Both the position numbers and the translations under genes were made by a program. From Candidatus Nanohaloarchaea archaeon (lineage in GTDB: Archaea; Nanohalarchaeota; Nanosalinia; Nanosalinales; Nanosalinaceae): 64,000 nt of DNA. The stretch is from assembly GCA_013343275.1 (NCBI GenBank), contig CP046106.1, forward strand, positions 704,001 through 768,000, in the 5' to 3' direction. Of the stretch, positions 39,701-48,501 are shown piece by piece (positions within the stretch are counted from its first letter, which is position 1; every line of letters starts with the position of its first letter). The notes under the pieces are model-generated. The model saw only the letters and a list, made by a program, of their open reading frames with translations, was not told where the DNA came from and searched no databases.

Positions 39701-41248
39701 TTATTCTAATATTCTAATCAGCCTCATGACTTTAGATTTTGATCCGAGTATTTCGCCAATTCTAAGGAGTACTTCTTTCTCTTCTTTTCCTAGTCCCATA
39801 ATCTTTAGATATAGAACTATGTAAACGGCCCCATAGACCAGAGTACTTGGTATTAGGAACCAGTAAGGAGTATTTGTGAAAAGAATATCGTCGAGACTAA
39901 TTATCAGTATCAGGGGCAGAAGAGCGGTAGTTATTATTTTAGATATTTTCTGGTGAGGTATGCTGATTATGTTTTCTTTTCTCCATACTTCTGCGAACAT
40001 GAGAAGATTTCCGAGAATTATTGAAGAAGCTGTGGCGGTGGCTGCGCCTACTATTCCGTAGATAGGTATAAGTATAACATTCAGTATCAGATTGAGGGCT
40101 AGTGCGGCAATGTTGTTATAGAGAAGGTATCTGGTATAACCTTCTGCTTGGAGGTAGCTGCCGACCCGACCTACCAGTGCGTCGAAGAGGTAACCTGTTG
40201 CGAGTATAGATAGCGCCAATGAGGCTCGTGTGTATGTATCCCCCCAGAGAACCTCCAGTACCTGTTGAGAGAAAAGTAGTAAAATTAGGAATGTAGGGAA
40301 GACCAGTGAGAAAACCCATCTTGTAGCAGTCTGTAGCGAGCTTTCGATACTCTGTTCGTCCCTCTCTTTCAGTTCTGAGAAAGAGCTGAGAGCTAGGCTT
40401 CCGATTGCTTTGTGAGGCAAAAGGATTAGCATTGCGGTAGGTAATGCTGCATTGTACAGGCCTACTTGTAGGTCTGTCATGTAGTAACCAAGGAACGCTG
40501 TATCGGCCCATCCCATCATTGTTCCGATTAGGCCTGATAGGAGTAGTGGTGAGGAAAAGCGTAGCAGTTTCTTTCTGTGGTATTCTGGCGTTATATCTGA
40601 TGTTATTACCGGCCCGACTTTCTTCTCGAGGAAGTAGTATCCTAGTACCATTGCGACTAGACTTCCGGCTAGCCATCCCCAGGCCGCGCTTACTACGTTG
40701 AATCCAAATAGTAGAAGGCCTATGGTTACTCCTAGCTGGATTACGTTTTGCAGGATTCTGATTGTCCCAGTCTTATAGATTATCTTGTTGAACCCGATTG
40801 TGGTATCGAAGAATGTACGGGTCAGCGATCCTGTTATGATAGTGAAAGAGATTATCTTGATCAGCGGAATGATCGCAGTATTCTGGAAAAAAGTCGTCGC
40901 TATATATTCAGCTCCGAAAAACGTTATGGCCCAGAGAAGTACTGAGACAGGCAGTGTCAGGTGAATGGCGCTGAGAACCAGACCTTTGATACTGGCAAAG
41001 TCGTCTTTAGTTCTGAACTCAGGGATGAACTTCTGGAGGCCTTGACCCATGGCCAGATAAGCAATAGTCGAGGCGATACCGGTCACCATCAACGCCAGAG
41101 AAAGCTGTCCGTAGGCCTCTGGCCCAACGAAACGAGCGATCGAAATCCGGTAGAAGTATGTCAAGGCCTTCGATACCATCATGCCAACCGCAGTTACTCC
41201 TGCTCCTTTAGCCAGTGCGTTCAAGGCTTTTTGATCGGCATCTGTCAT
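39701..41248 (-). CDS. Wzx/AglR-like flippase (MOP superfamily)
   Basis: ARFVGPEAYG, VGLYNAA, LIPIYGIVGAA; about 14 TM segments. Confidence 0.92.
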   Translation of the reverse strand: MTDADQKALNALAKGAGVTAVGMMVSKALTYFYRISIARFVGPEAYGQLSLALMVTGIASTIAYLAMGQGLQKFIPEFRTKDDFASIKGLVLSAIHLTLPVSVLLWAITFFGAEYIATTFFQNTAIIPLIKIISFTIITGSLTRTFFDTTIGFNKIIYKTGTIRILQNVIQLGVTIGLLLFGFNVVSAAWGWLAGSLVAMVLGYYFLEKKVGPVITSDITPEYHRKKLLRFSSPLLLSGLIGTMMGWADTAFLGYYMTDLQVGLYNAALPTAMLILLPHKAIGSLALSSFSELKERDEQSIESSLQTATRWVFSLVFPTFLILLLFSQQVLEVLWGDTYTRASLALSILATGYLFDALVGRVGSYLQAEGYTRYLLYNNIAALALNLILNVILIPIYGIVGAATATASSIILGNLLMFAEVWRKENIISIPHQKISKIITTALLPLILIISLDDILFTNTPYWFLIPSTLVYGAVYIVLYLKIMGLGKEEKEVLLRIGEILGSKSKVMRLIRILE

Positions 41249-41331
41249 ATCAAAGTTTTTGGCAGTGTAAACTGTTTAAACTTCGTCCAGGACCGAGACC
41301 TTTAAGAAGCATTTTGCATAAGTTATGCATT

Positions 41332-41523
41332 ATGCCGAGGAAAACTATTTCCTTGCCTGAGGATCTGGCGGATTTTGTTGATGAGAATCACATTAATCTG
41401 TCCAGGTTTGTTCAGGACAAGTTGAGAGAGCTTTCTGAGTCCGAGAACAGCGATGAAGATCTATCCGATGATGAAGCGAAAGAGATCGCTCAGAAGCTTG
41501 AGGATCTAGGTTATCTAAACTAG
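41332..41523 (+). CDS. Small RHH/CcdA-like protein with LxDLGY tail
   Basis: MPRKTISLPEDL...INLSRFVQDKL...KLEDLGYL. Confidence 0.75.
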   Translation: MPRKTISLPEDLADFVDENHINLSRFVQDKLRELSESENSDEDLSDDEAKEIAQKLEDLGYLN

Positions 41524-41535
41524 GTGAAACACATA

Positions 41536-42453
41536 ATGCCAGAAGCACCTGTTACACGAGACGAAATTGAGAACGCACCAATCAAAGCCAAAATCAAAGC
41601 AGGAGAAGAAGTCGTCAAAAGAGCGCTTGAAGAGTACGATCCTTCCAAGACCGTAATCGGTTTCACAGGAGGTAAAGACTCTACAGTCACTGCGTGGCTT
41701 GTCAAGAGGGTCTGTGAGGAACATGGATTCGAGAAACCGCGTTTCATGTTCGTGGATCACGGCCAGCACTTCGACGAGCTTGAAGGATACGTAGAAAGGC
41801 TTGCAGATGACTGGGGATTCGATGTCATGGTTGCAAGAAACGATGATCTGATCGACCAGGCCGATGAGCCAGGAGACTATGTTCCAGTCGCAGAGCTCAA
41901 CGAACGCAACCAGGAAGAGGCCAAGAGAATCGACGAAGACCTCGAAGAGGTCCAGTGGTTGATGGATACGGAGTCCGGAAACCATCTTCTCAAGACAGTA
42001 CCTATGAACGAACTCCTGGAAGAGGAAGGAATCGAGGCCGTGATCAACGGAGTCCGATGGGACGAACACGAATCCAGAGGCGATGAAGACTTTTACTCTC
42101 CGAGAGACACTCCGGAGCACATGAGAGTCCATCCAATCCTCCAGCTAACCGAGAGAGACATCTGGGATGCATCATGGTTCCACATGGTACCTGACATCAC
42201 AGGAATCGATATCAACTCCTACCCTGAGGACGAAGACGATCTACCGGAAGGCCTCTCCAAGGACGATGTACCTATCAGTCCAAAGTACTGGGCAGGATTC
42301 AGATCTCTTGGATCAGAAGTATCGACAGACAAGACAGAGGAGACTCCGGCCTGGCTCCAGGACGTAGAGAACACAAAAGAAAGAGCAGGAAGAGCACAGA
42401 ACAAGGATGAGAAAGAGATAATGAATAAGCTCAGAGACCTAGGCTATATGTGA
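41536..42453 (+). CDS. PAPS reductase / sulfate adenylyltransferase subunit 2 (CysD) family protein
   Basis: FTGGKDS, GVRWDE, RVHPIL, GFRSLG, ERAGRAQ. Confidence 0.88.
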   Translation: MPEAPVTRDEIENAPIKAKIKAGEEVVKRALEEYDPSKTVIGFTGGKDSTVTAWLVKRVCEEHGFEKPRFMFVDHGQHFDELEGYVERLADDWGFDVMVARNDDLIDQADEPGDYVPVAELNERNQEEAKRIDEDLEEVQWLMDTESGNHLLKTVPMNELLEEEGIEAVINGVRWDEHESRGDEDFYSPRDTPEHMRVHPILQLTERDIWDASWFHMVPDITGIDINSYPEDEDDLPEGLSKDDVPISPKYWAGFRSLGSEVSTDKTEETPAWLQDVENTKERAGRAQNKDEKEIMNKLRDLGYM

Positions 42454-42540
42454 GGCCTTCTCAAATCCTATAACGCTTTTTATTTTCTTCTCTATTTTCT
42501 CTATGGAAAGCCAATTAACTTTTGATCTCAAACTTTCTGT

Positions 42541-42852
42541 ATGGAATTTGACAAGTACCAGGAAGGAACCGGAAAGACTGCGGTGTATCCTGAGGATCAG
42601 AAGATAAGCTATCTAGCACTGGGTCTTAACGGTGAGGCTGGTGAGGTGGCTGAAAAAGTCAAGAAATCGATAAGAGATGATAAAGAGCTCGGAGAGGAGA
42701 CCAGGGATGAGCTTGGAGATGTGCTCTGGTATTTAACTCGGTTAGCTGACGAACTCGGGTACGATCTTTCAGATATTGCTAATAGAAATCTGGATAAGCT
42801 GCTGGACAGGAAGGAGCGTGATAAAATCCACGGCAGCGGTGACAACAGGTGA
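42541..42852 (+). CDS. MazG-like NTP pyrophosphohydrolase
   Basis: LGLNGEAGEVAEKVKK, ELGDVLWY. Confidence 0.92.
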   Translation: MEFDKYQEGTGKTAVYPEDQKISYLALGLNGEAGEVAEKVKKSIRDDKELGEETRDELGDVLWYLTRLADELGYDLSDIANRNLDKLLDRKERDKIHGSGDNR

Positions 42853-43544
42853 AAGAGAATATGGATGCAGTATTTCTCGGAATAAACGATGCAGGAGAGG
42901 AAATCTACAGCTGGCTGAACCAGCGAGAAGACATTGATGTCAAGGCCCTGCTAACAGAGAAAGAACAGCTTGATCTAATCAAGGAGCTGGAACCGGAAAT
43001 CGTTATATCAGCGGGTTTCGAGCACAAGGTTCCCGAAGAGATAATTGAAGTACCGGAGAAAGGTATAGTCAACGTGCATCCATCATTCCTGCCACACAAC
43101 CGTGGATCCTATCCCTATATCTGGCCTATCATGGATAAAACGCCGGCAGGAGTCTCGATCCACTACATGACGGACGGCATAGATGAAGGACCGATAATAG
43201 ACCAGATGGAGGTACCTGTCAAACCTGATGACACCGCTAAAGATCTCTACGAGAGACTTAAGGCCGAATCAGTTCTCCTCTTCAAGGAGTCATGGCCTGA
43301 GATAAAGAAAGGTGTGAAAGGCAGGACACAGGACCTGGATGTAGGACAGGTCCACTACATGGATGAAATGGATGATATAGTAGAAATAGACAGAGATGAG
43401 AAAGTCCGGGCCGGAGAGCTGATCGACAGGCTGCGAGCGCTGACCTTCCCGCCACACAGGAACGCATTCTTCACGGAGAAGGGAGAGAAATACTTTATCG
43501 AAGTGGAGATAACACCGGAATCAGAGATGGATGAAAGGCCTTAA
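42849..43544 (+). CDS. Sugar N-formyltransferase (FMT family)
   Basis: NVHPSFLPHNRG, DEGPII, RALTFPP. Confidence 0.85.
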   Translation: MKENMDAVFLGINDAGEEIYSWLNQREDIDVKALLTEKEQLDLIKELEPEIVISAGFEHKVPEEIIEVPEKGIVNVHPSFLPHNRGSYPYIWPIMDKTPAGVSIHYMTDGIDEGPIIDQMEVPVKPDDTAKDLYERLKAESVLLFKESWPEIKKGVKGRTQDLDVGQVHYMDEMDDIVEIDRDEKVRAGELIDRLRALTFPPHRNAFFTEKGEKYFIEVEITPESEMDERP

Positions 43545-44443
43545 AGCCTTTCAATTACTTCCCGAGCAGTCCTGCGCACTGACTCGGCAGAGTTCCTCTC
43601 AGGCTCCCAGCCCTCTGACTTCAGCTTCTCGATGTCCAGACGCATCTCGGGTACATCTCCGGTCCAGCCCTTCTCGCCACCGGTGTACGAAAACTCCGGA
43701 GTCAGGCCCATCTCATCAGCTACAATATCAGCGATACCATCGACATCGATAGAATCCTCCGAACCGATGTTGAAAACAGATTTATCTGATTTCCAGGCCT
43801 CCAGAATTCCGCGCACAGTATCGTCGATGTAGATATAGGATTTTCTCTGCTTTCCGTTGCCGAGGATAGTTAGCTCCTCTGGGTTCTCATCTAGTTTGTG
43901 CACGAAGTCGTAGATAACTCCTTTAGGGTTCTTCCCGCCGATAATATTAGCCAGTCTAACTATTGTAGTATCTATACCGAATGTCTGCCCGTAGACCTGA
44001 ACCATGTGTTCGTCGCCAGCCTTTGTAGCACCGTACATAGAAATAGGATCAAGCCTGTGATCTTCAGGTGTAGGAATTTCGGCCTCCTCCCCGTAAACAA
44101 CGGAAGAAGATGCAAATACGATATCGCCTACGTCTGCATCGACGCATGCATCCAGCACGTTTTTAGTACCTACAAAGTTCTCGTTAAAATCTTTCTCACG
44201 ATCATCCGGGAAAGTGTTGACTTTAGGGTTCGCGGCGAAGTGGAAAACAGTATTGACATCTTCAAGGTACTCTGCAAGACCTTCTTCCTTGATATCGAAC
44301 TCCAGGATCTCTACTCCTTCAGGCACATTCTCTTCTCGGCCTGATGAGAAATTGTCGATCACCAGGATCTCGTGTTCGTCCTTTAATTCTTCCGCAAGGG
44401 TTGATCCGATGAAACCTGCTCCGCCGGTAATCCCAATCTTCAT
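43541..44443 (-). CDS. NAD-dependent sugar epimerase/dehydratase
   Basis: TGGAGFIG, YGATK, GNGKQRKSY. Confidence 0.93.
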   Translation of the reverse strand: MKIGITGGAGFIGSTLAEELKDEHEILVIDNFSSGREENVPEGVEILEFDIKEEGLAEYLEDVNTVFHFAANPKVNTFPDDREKDFNENFVGTKNVLDACVDADVGDIVFASSSVVYGEEAEIPTPEDHRLDPISMYGATKAGDEHMVQVYGQTFGIDTTIVRLANIIGGKNPKGVIYDFVHKLDENPEELTILGNGKQRKSYIYIDDTVRGILEAWKSDKSVFNIGSEDSIDVDGIADIVADEMGLTPEFSYTGGEKGWTGDVPEMRLDIEKLKSEGWEPERNSAESVRRTAREVIERL

Positions 44444-44494
44444 ATCTTGGAATTAGGCCTCATTCATTAAAATATCAACGCGGAATCTTTGTAC

Positions 44495-45241
44495 ATGGGC
44501 AAAAAGAGGATCTCCCTCACTCTCGACGAAGATCTTGTGGAAAAGATAGATGCAGAGGCGGAAAGCCTTGATATCAACCGCTCTCAGACTGTAGAAAAGA
44601 TTGCAGAGGAATATTTCAAAGGTAAAGGCCTTAATACAGCAGTAATTCTGTGTGGGGATCCTGAGAACAAGACCTTGAATCTCTACGAGGGCAAACCAGT
44701 TCTAGGCCATATACTTGAGAACTTGAGTGGGCAGGGCGTCTCCAGAGTTATCTTGCTCGCCGGCCAGAATCGCGATGAGATCAGAGAACAGTTCGGAGAC
44801 GGCTACGATAGCATGACTCTGGAATATATCGAAGATCAATCGGAAGGCACTGCTGCAGCTCTTTCAAAGGCCGAGAAAAAAGTTAACGAAACATTTGTCG
44901 CACTCAACGGCCATGTCGTGGCAGATGTTGATTTAGAGGATATGCTGAGGGTTCACAGAGAGGAAGATTCTTCGGCAACTATGGCGCTGACAACAGTCAG
45001 CTCTCCATCGAACTATGGTGTAGCCAGGCTGAAAGGCCGGAAAATTCTTGGTTTCGAGGAAAAGCCTGAGAGAGGTGAAGAGCCTTCACAGCTGATCAAC
45101 GCAGGTACCTACATTCTCGACGAAGATATATTCCAGCATCTCAACGCCGAATCACTAGAAAAGGCCTTCGAGAACCTTGCAGATGAAGGCCTCCTGTCGG
45201 GTTACATCTACGGTGGGAAGTGGAAGGATATCGATCGCTAG
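44495..45241 (+). CDS. RHH domain fused to a degenerate sugar-phosphate nucleotidyltransferase domain
   Basis: KRISLTLD...NRSQ RHH; AVILCG, GTAAAL, FEEKP, INAG. Confidence 0.8.
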   Translation: MGKKRISLTLDEDLVEKIDAEAESLDINRSQTVEKIAEEYFKGKGLNTAVILCGDPENKTLNLYEGKPVLGHILENLSGQGVSRVILLAGQNRDEIREQFGDGYDSMTLEYIEDQSEGTAAALSKAEKKVNETFVALNGHVVADVDLEDMLRVHREEDSSATMALTTVSSPSNYGVARLKGRKILGFEEKPERGEEPSQLINAGTYILDEDIFQHLNAESLEKAFENLADEGLLSGYIYGGKWKDIDR

Positions 45242-45307
45242 GCTTTTTAGCGGGCGTTTCCTGGTTGAACCGATCATTTATAAATCAGAATCGTAATACA
45301 TCGTAAT

Positions 45308-45988
45308 ATGGATGAGGAGTTCAGTGATTCTCTCGCTGTTCTGAGAGACGAGCCAGAAGGCACCAACATCGTCGAAGAGGCTCTGGAAGACGAGTATCAG
45401 GAAGGCCAGAGATTTGATCTGCCGGAAATGGACGACTGCGCACTATGCAGAATAGATAAAACACCTCACACTGCCGGAGAAAACATTTACTGGCGCGACA
45501 GCGACGACAACTACGTGGTCGAGGCTGCCAACAAGAAAGGCCATCCGGTTAGAAACATGATGGTCTACGGCGATCACGGATACTTCCCTACAGATGCCGA
45601 TATGGAGATGCAGGATGAGGATCCTTTCAGAAGGCTTTTCGAGATCAGCGCTTCTCAAGTATACCATTCGGAAGATATAGACGACGACCAGCTGATCCAG
45701 ACAGTCGGAATGAACTCGGTACCCGGACATGCTCATGTAATGGCCTCAAATCTGGATATTGAGGCAGATGAAACAACCGATCACGCACTTACTGGGAGCT
45801 ATATCAGGTGGGATCTGTCCGATGGTGATTACTCTTTCGAGAACCCGGACGAAGTTATGATAAGAGACAGTATCGGCCGCGAAGTACTTGACAGGATGTA
45901 CAGGAACTCTCTAGGGCTTTCACCTGAAGAAGATTATGGCCAGGCCTCGGCAAGAGTTTCCGAGGAGCCGGCCTTTGGAATGGATTAA
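45308..45988 (+). CDS. Hypothetical acidic protein, possible HIT-like fold
   Basis: CALC near the N-terminus, SVPGHAHV. Confidence 0.55.
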   Translation: MDEEFSDSLAVLRDEPEGTNIVEEALEDEYQEGQRFDLPEMDDCALCRIDKTPHTAGENIYWRDSDDNYVVEAANKKGHPVRNMMVYGDHGYFPTDADMEMQDEDPFRRLFEISASQVYHSEDIDDDQLIQTVGMNSVPGHAHVMASNLDIEADETTDHALTGSYIRWDLSDGDYSFENPDEVMIRDSIGREVLDRMYRNSLGLSPEEDYGQASARVSEEPAFGMD

Positions 45989-46014
45989 AAGAACTTAGAG
46001 GAGGAAACTTTACT

Positions 46015-46974
46015 ATGAGCGAAAACAGTACTATGGAAAAAGCATTGATTACAGGAGGAGCTGGATTTATCGGCTCCAATATTGCAGAGAAACTGGTGGA
46101 GGAAGGAGTTGAAGTAGTCGTACTTGACTCTCTCTACCTTGGAGAAGAATCAAACTTGGAAGAGGTCAGAGATGAAATAGAGTTCGTGGAGGGATCTGTA
46201 CTTGATACTGATACGGTAGAGGAGGCCATCGAAGGCTGTGATACTGTATTCCATCAGGCCGCAAGAAGCTCAAGTCCGATGCACAAGGATGATGCTGCAG
46301 AAGGCGCAAGAGTAAATATCGAAGGATTCATCAATACGATCGAGGCCGCAAAGGAAGAGGAGAACATGGAGAAAGTCGTCTACGCATCCACATCCTCAAT
46401 GTACGGCAGCGTAGAACCTCCACACAAAGAAGATCAGGGAGAATACCCGACCAACCTCTACACAGCCTCCAAGATGAGCAGAGAGCTTTACGCAAAGGTG
46501 TACTCTCAGCAGACCGATATGCATTTCACAGGTCTCAGATATTTCTCGGTTTACGGCCCGCATGAGAAAGGAAAAGGAAAGTACGCCAACGTTGTCACCC
46601 AGTTCCTATGGAAGATGATGGACGGTGAGCAACCTGTCATATGGGGCGATGGAACCCAGAGCAGAGACTTCACTTTCGTCGAAGACATTGCAAGGGCCAA
46701 CTACCTGGCCGCAGAGAGGAAGGACGAGACTAACGGCGAGTACTACAACATTGGTACAGGCCGCGACATCGATTTCAACTCTCTGGTTGAGAAACTGAAT
46801 GAGGCCCTGGGGAAGGATATCGAACCGGAGCACATCGAACATCCGAGGGATAACCCTGTAATGACCACAAAGGCCGATTACTCCCGTGCAAAAAGAGATC
46901 TGGGTTACGAGCCTCAGTACAGTTTTGAGGAAGGCCTTGAGAAGACTGTGGAGTACTACAGGAATCACCTATAA
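46015..46974 (+). CDS. NAD-dependent sugar epimerase/dehydratase
   Basis: TGGAGFIG, YTASK, RYFSVYGP, GDGTQSRDF. Confidence 0.93.
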   Translation: MSENSTMEKALITGGAGFIGSNIAEKLVEEGVEVVVLDSLYLGEESNLEEVRDEIEFVEGSVLDTDTVEEAIEGCDTVFHQAARSSSPMHKDDAAEGARVNIEGFINTIEAAKEEENMEKVVYASTSSMYGSVEPPHKEDQGEYPTNLYTASKMSRELYAKVYSQQTDMHFTGLRYFSVYGPHEKGKGKYANVVTQFLWKMMDGEQPVIWGDGTQSRDFTFVEDIARANYLAAERKDETNGEYYNIGTGRDIDFNSLVEKLNEALGKDIEPEHIEHPRDNPVMTTKADYSRAKRDLGYEPQYSFEEGLEKTVEYYRNHL

Positions 46975-46999
46975 GAGATTTAATTTTTCTTTTTCTTCC

Positions 47000-47383
47000 A
47001 TGGGAAGAATTGAGAAGCCCTGGGGATACGAGGAACACGTACTTAGCACACAGGTAGATGTAGGTGACAAGGTAGGTATGCTTGGCATCAGGAGACTTGT
47101 GATCGATGCCGATGAAATGACTTCTTACTCCTACCACGAAGAGCAGTCAGATATCATCTACCTGGAGGAAGGAAACGCCCAGATCAGGAAAGAAGGCGGA
47201 ATCCAGGAGCTTGAGAAAGGAAACGCAATAGTAATACGATCCAACGAGAAACACCAGATCCAGAACATCGACACACAGGTAGCTAAGATACTGGAGATCT
47301 CATTCCCTTACAAGCCTGAAGACCTTCACAGGGTAGAAGACCCTTACGCAGAAGCAAGGGACGATGACGAGCAGGAAGAATAA
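47000..47383 (+). CDS. Cupin, mannose-6-phosphate isomerase type II-like
   Basis: EKPWG, YH, KHQI, LEIS, RVEDPY. Confidence 0.8.
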   Translation: MGRIEKPWGYEEHVLSTQVDVGDKVGMLGIRRLVIDADEMTSYSYHEEQSDIIYLEEGNAQIRKEGGIQELEKGNAIVIRSNEKHQIQNIDTQVAKILEISFPYKPEDLHRVEDPYAEARDDDEQEE

Positions 47384-47391
47384 ACTATCCT

Positions 47392-48501
47392 TTACAGAGC
47401 TCCTGCAACTCCGAACAGGTATAGCCCTGCCAGAACAATAACTGCCTCCAGACCCATCAACGCCAATGTAATCTGGCGCTCGTCAAGACCTCTACGCATC
47501 AAAGGATGAGTCAGGGAGTAGTTCTTATCGTACTTAGGCCTCAGCTCTCCATCAACTAGATCTCCCCATGAGGCCGCGTTGAAGCCACTTCTCAGCTTCA
47601 GAATGAACTCGATCAGCCAAGGTGCAAATATGAATACTCCGAACTTCTCCATGTTCCCTATTACGATAGCTGAGAACAGTGCCGCACCGGCAAGATAGGT
47701 CATTGAATCCCCTGGAAGAATCGAGGCGGGATAGAAGTTGTAGTACAGGAAGGCCGCCAGAGAAACTGCGAGACTGAAGGAGATGATCATGGCCTCGTTA
47801 CTTCCTATCATGTAACCCATGGTTCCCAGTCCTGCAGCTGCAATCATAGCCATGCCTGCTGAGAGGCCGTTGGTTCCCGCAAGCATATTCACCACGTTCG
47901 AAACGAACAGAAGGCCTAGAGGAAGAAGCACCAATGGATAGATAATTCCCCAGTTGATCTCTCCGATCACAGGGAAATGCATTGTCCAGGAGCCGGCCTT
48001 TACCGCCATCAGAGGAAATACTGCGGGAAGCACGAAAAGCATCTTCGGCAGCTGGGAAAGGCCTTTCCGATGCACCTCTGCTCCTTTGGCAATATCGTCT
48101 ACCAGCGGGATATCGAACTCTACTGAACTCTCTTTCTCTCCCTCACCTTCCAGCTCTATATCGATCTCGTACTCCTCCTTCACGTATTCATCAATCCTGA
48201 TGTGGATATCGTCGATAAACCCGATCAATGCGATTATGGAGACCGAGCTCAGTGCGGCGAGAAGTAGAGATACGTCTGCTGGCGGAGCGGATGAGAAAGA
48301 TATTAGACCAAGGTAGAGCGTCATCGATACCAGGAATCCGAAGAAAACCACTACGCCGCCTGAGGTCGGCAGCCGTGGCTTATCTTCTTTCTGCTGGTCC
48401 ACTCCGTAGATTCCGGAGCTGAAAAGGTATTTTCTGGCGAAAGGAACTCCTAGGAATGTAACCAGGAATCCCGCAACCAGAGATACAGCCAGGTACATCA
48501 T
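47392..48501 (-). CDS. UDP-GlcNAc:dolichol-P GlcNAc-1-P transferase (Alg7/AglH, MraY-like)
   Basis: GFIDD, NVVNMLAGTNGL, YNFYPASILPGDS. Confidence 0.85.
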   Translation of the reverse strand: MMYLAVSLVAGFLVTFLGVPFARKYLFSSGIYGVDQQKEDKPRLPTSGGVVVFFGFLVSMTLYLGLISFSSAPPADVSLLLAALSSVSIIALIGFIDDIHIRIDEYVKEEYEIDIELEGEGEKESSVEFDIPLVDDIAKGAEVHRKGLSQLPKMLFVLPAVFPLMAVKAGSWTMHFPVIGEINWGIIYPLVLLPLGLLFVSNVVNMLAGTNGLSAGMAMIAAAGLGTMGYMIGSNEAMIISFSLAVSLAAFLYYNFYPASILPGDSMTYLAGAALFSAIVIGNMEKFGVFIFAPWLIEFILKLRSGFNAASWGDLVDGELRPKYDKNYSLTHPLMRRGLDERQITLALMGLEAVIVLAGLYLFGVAGAL

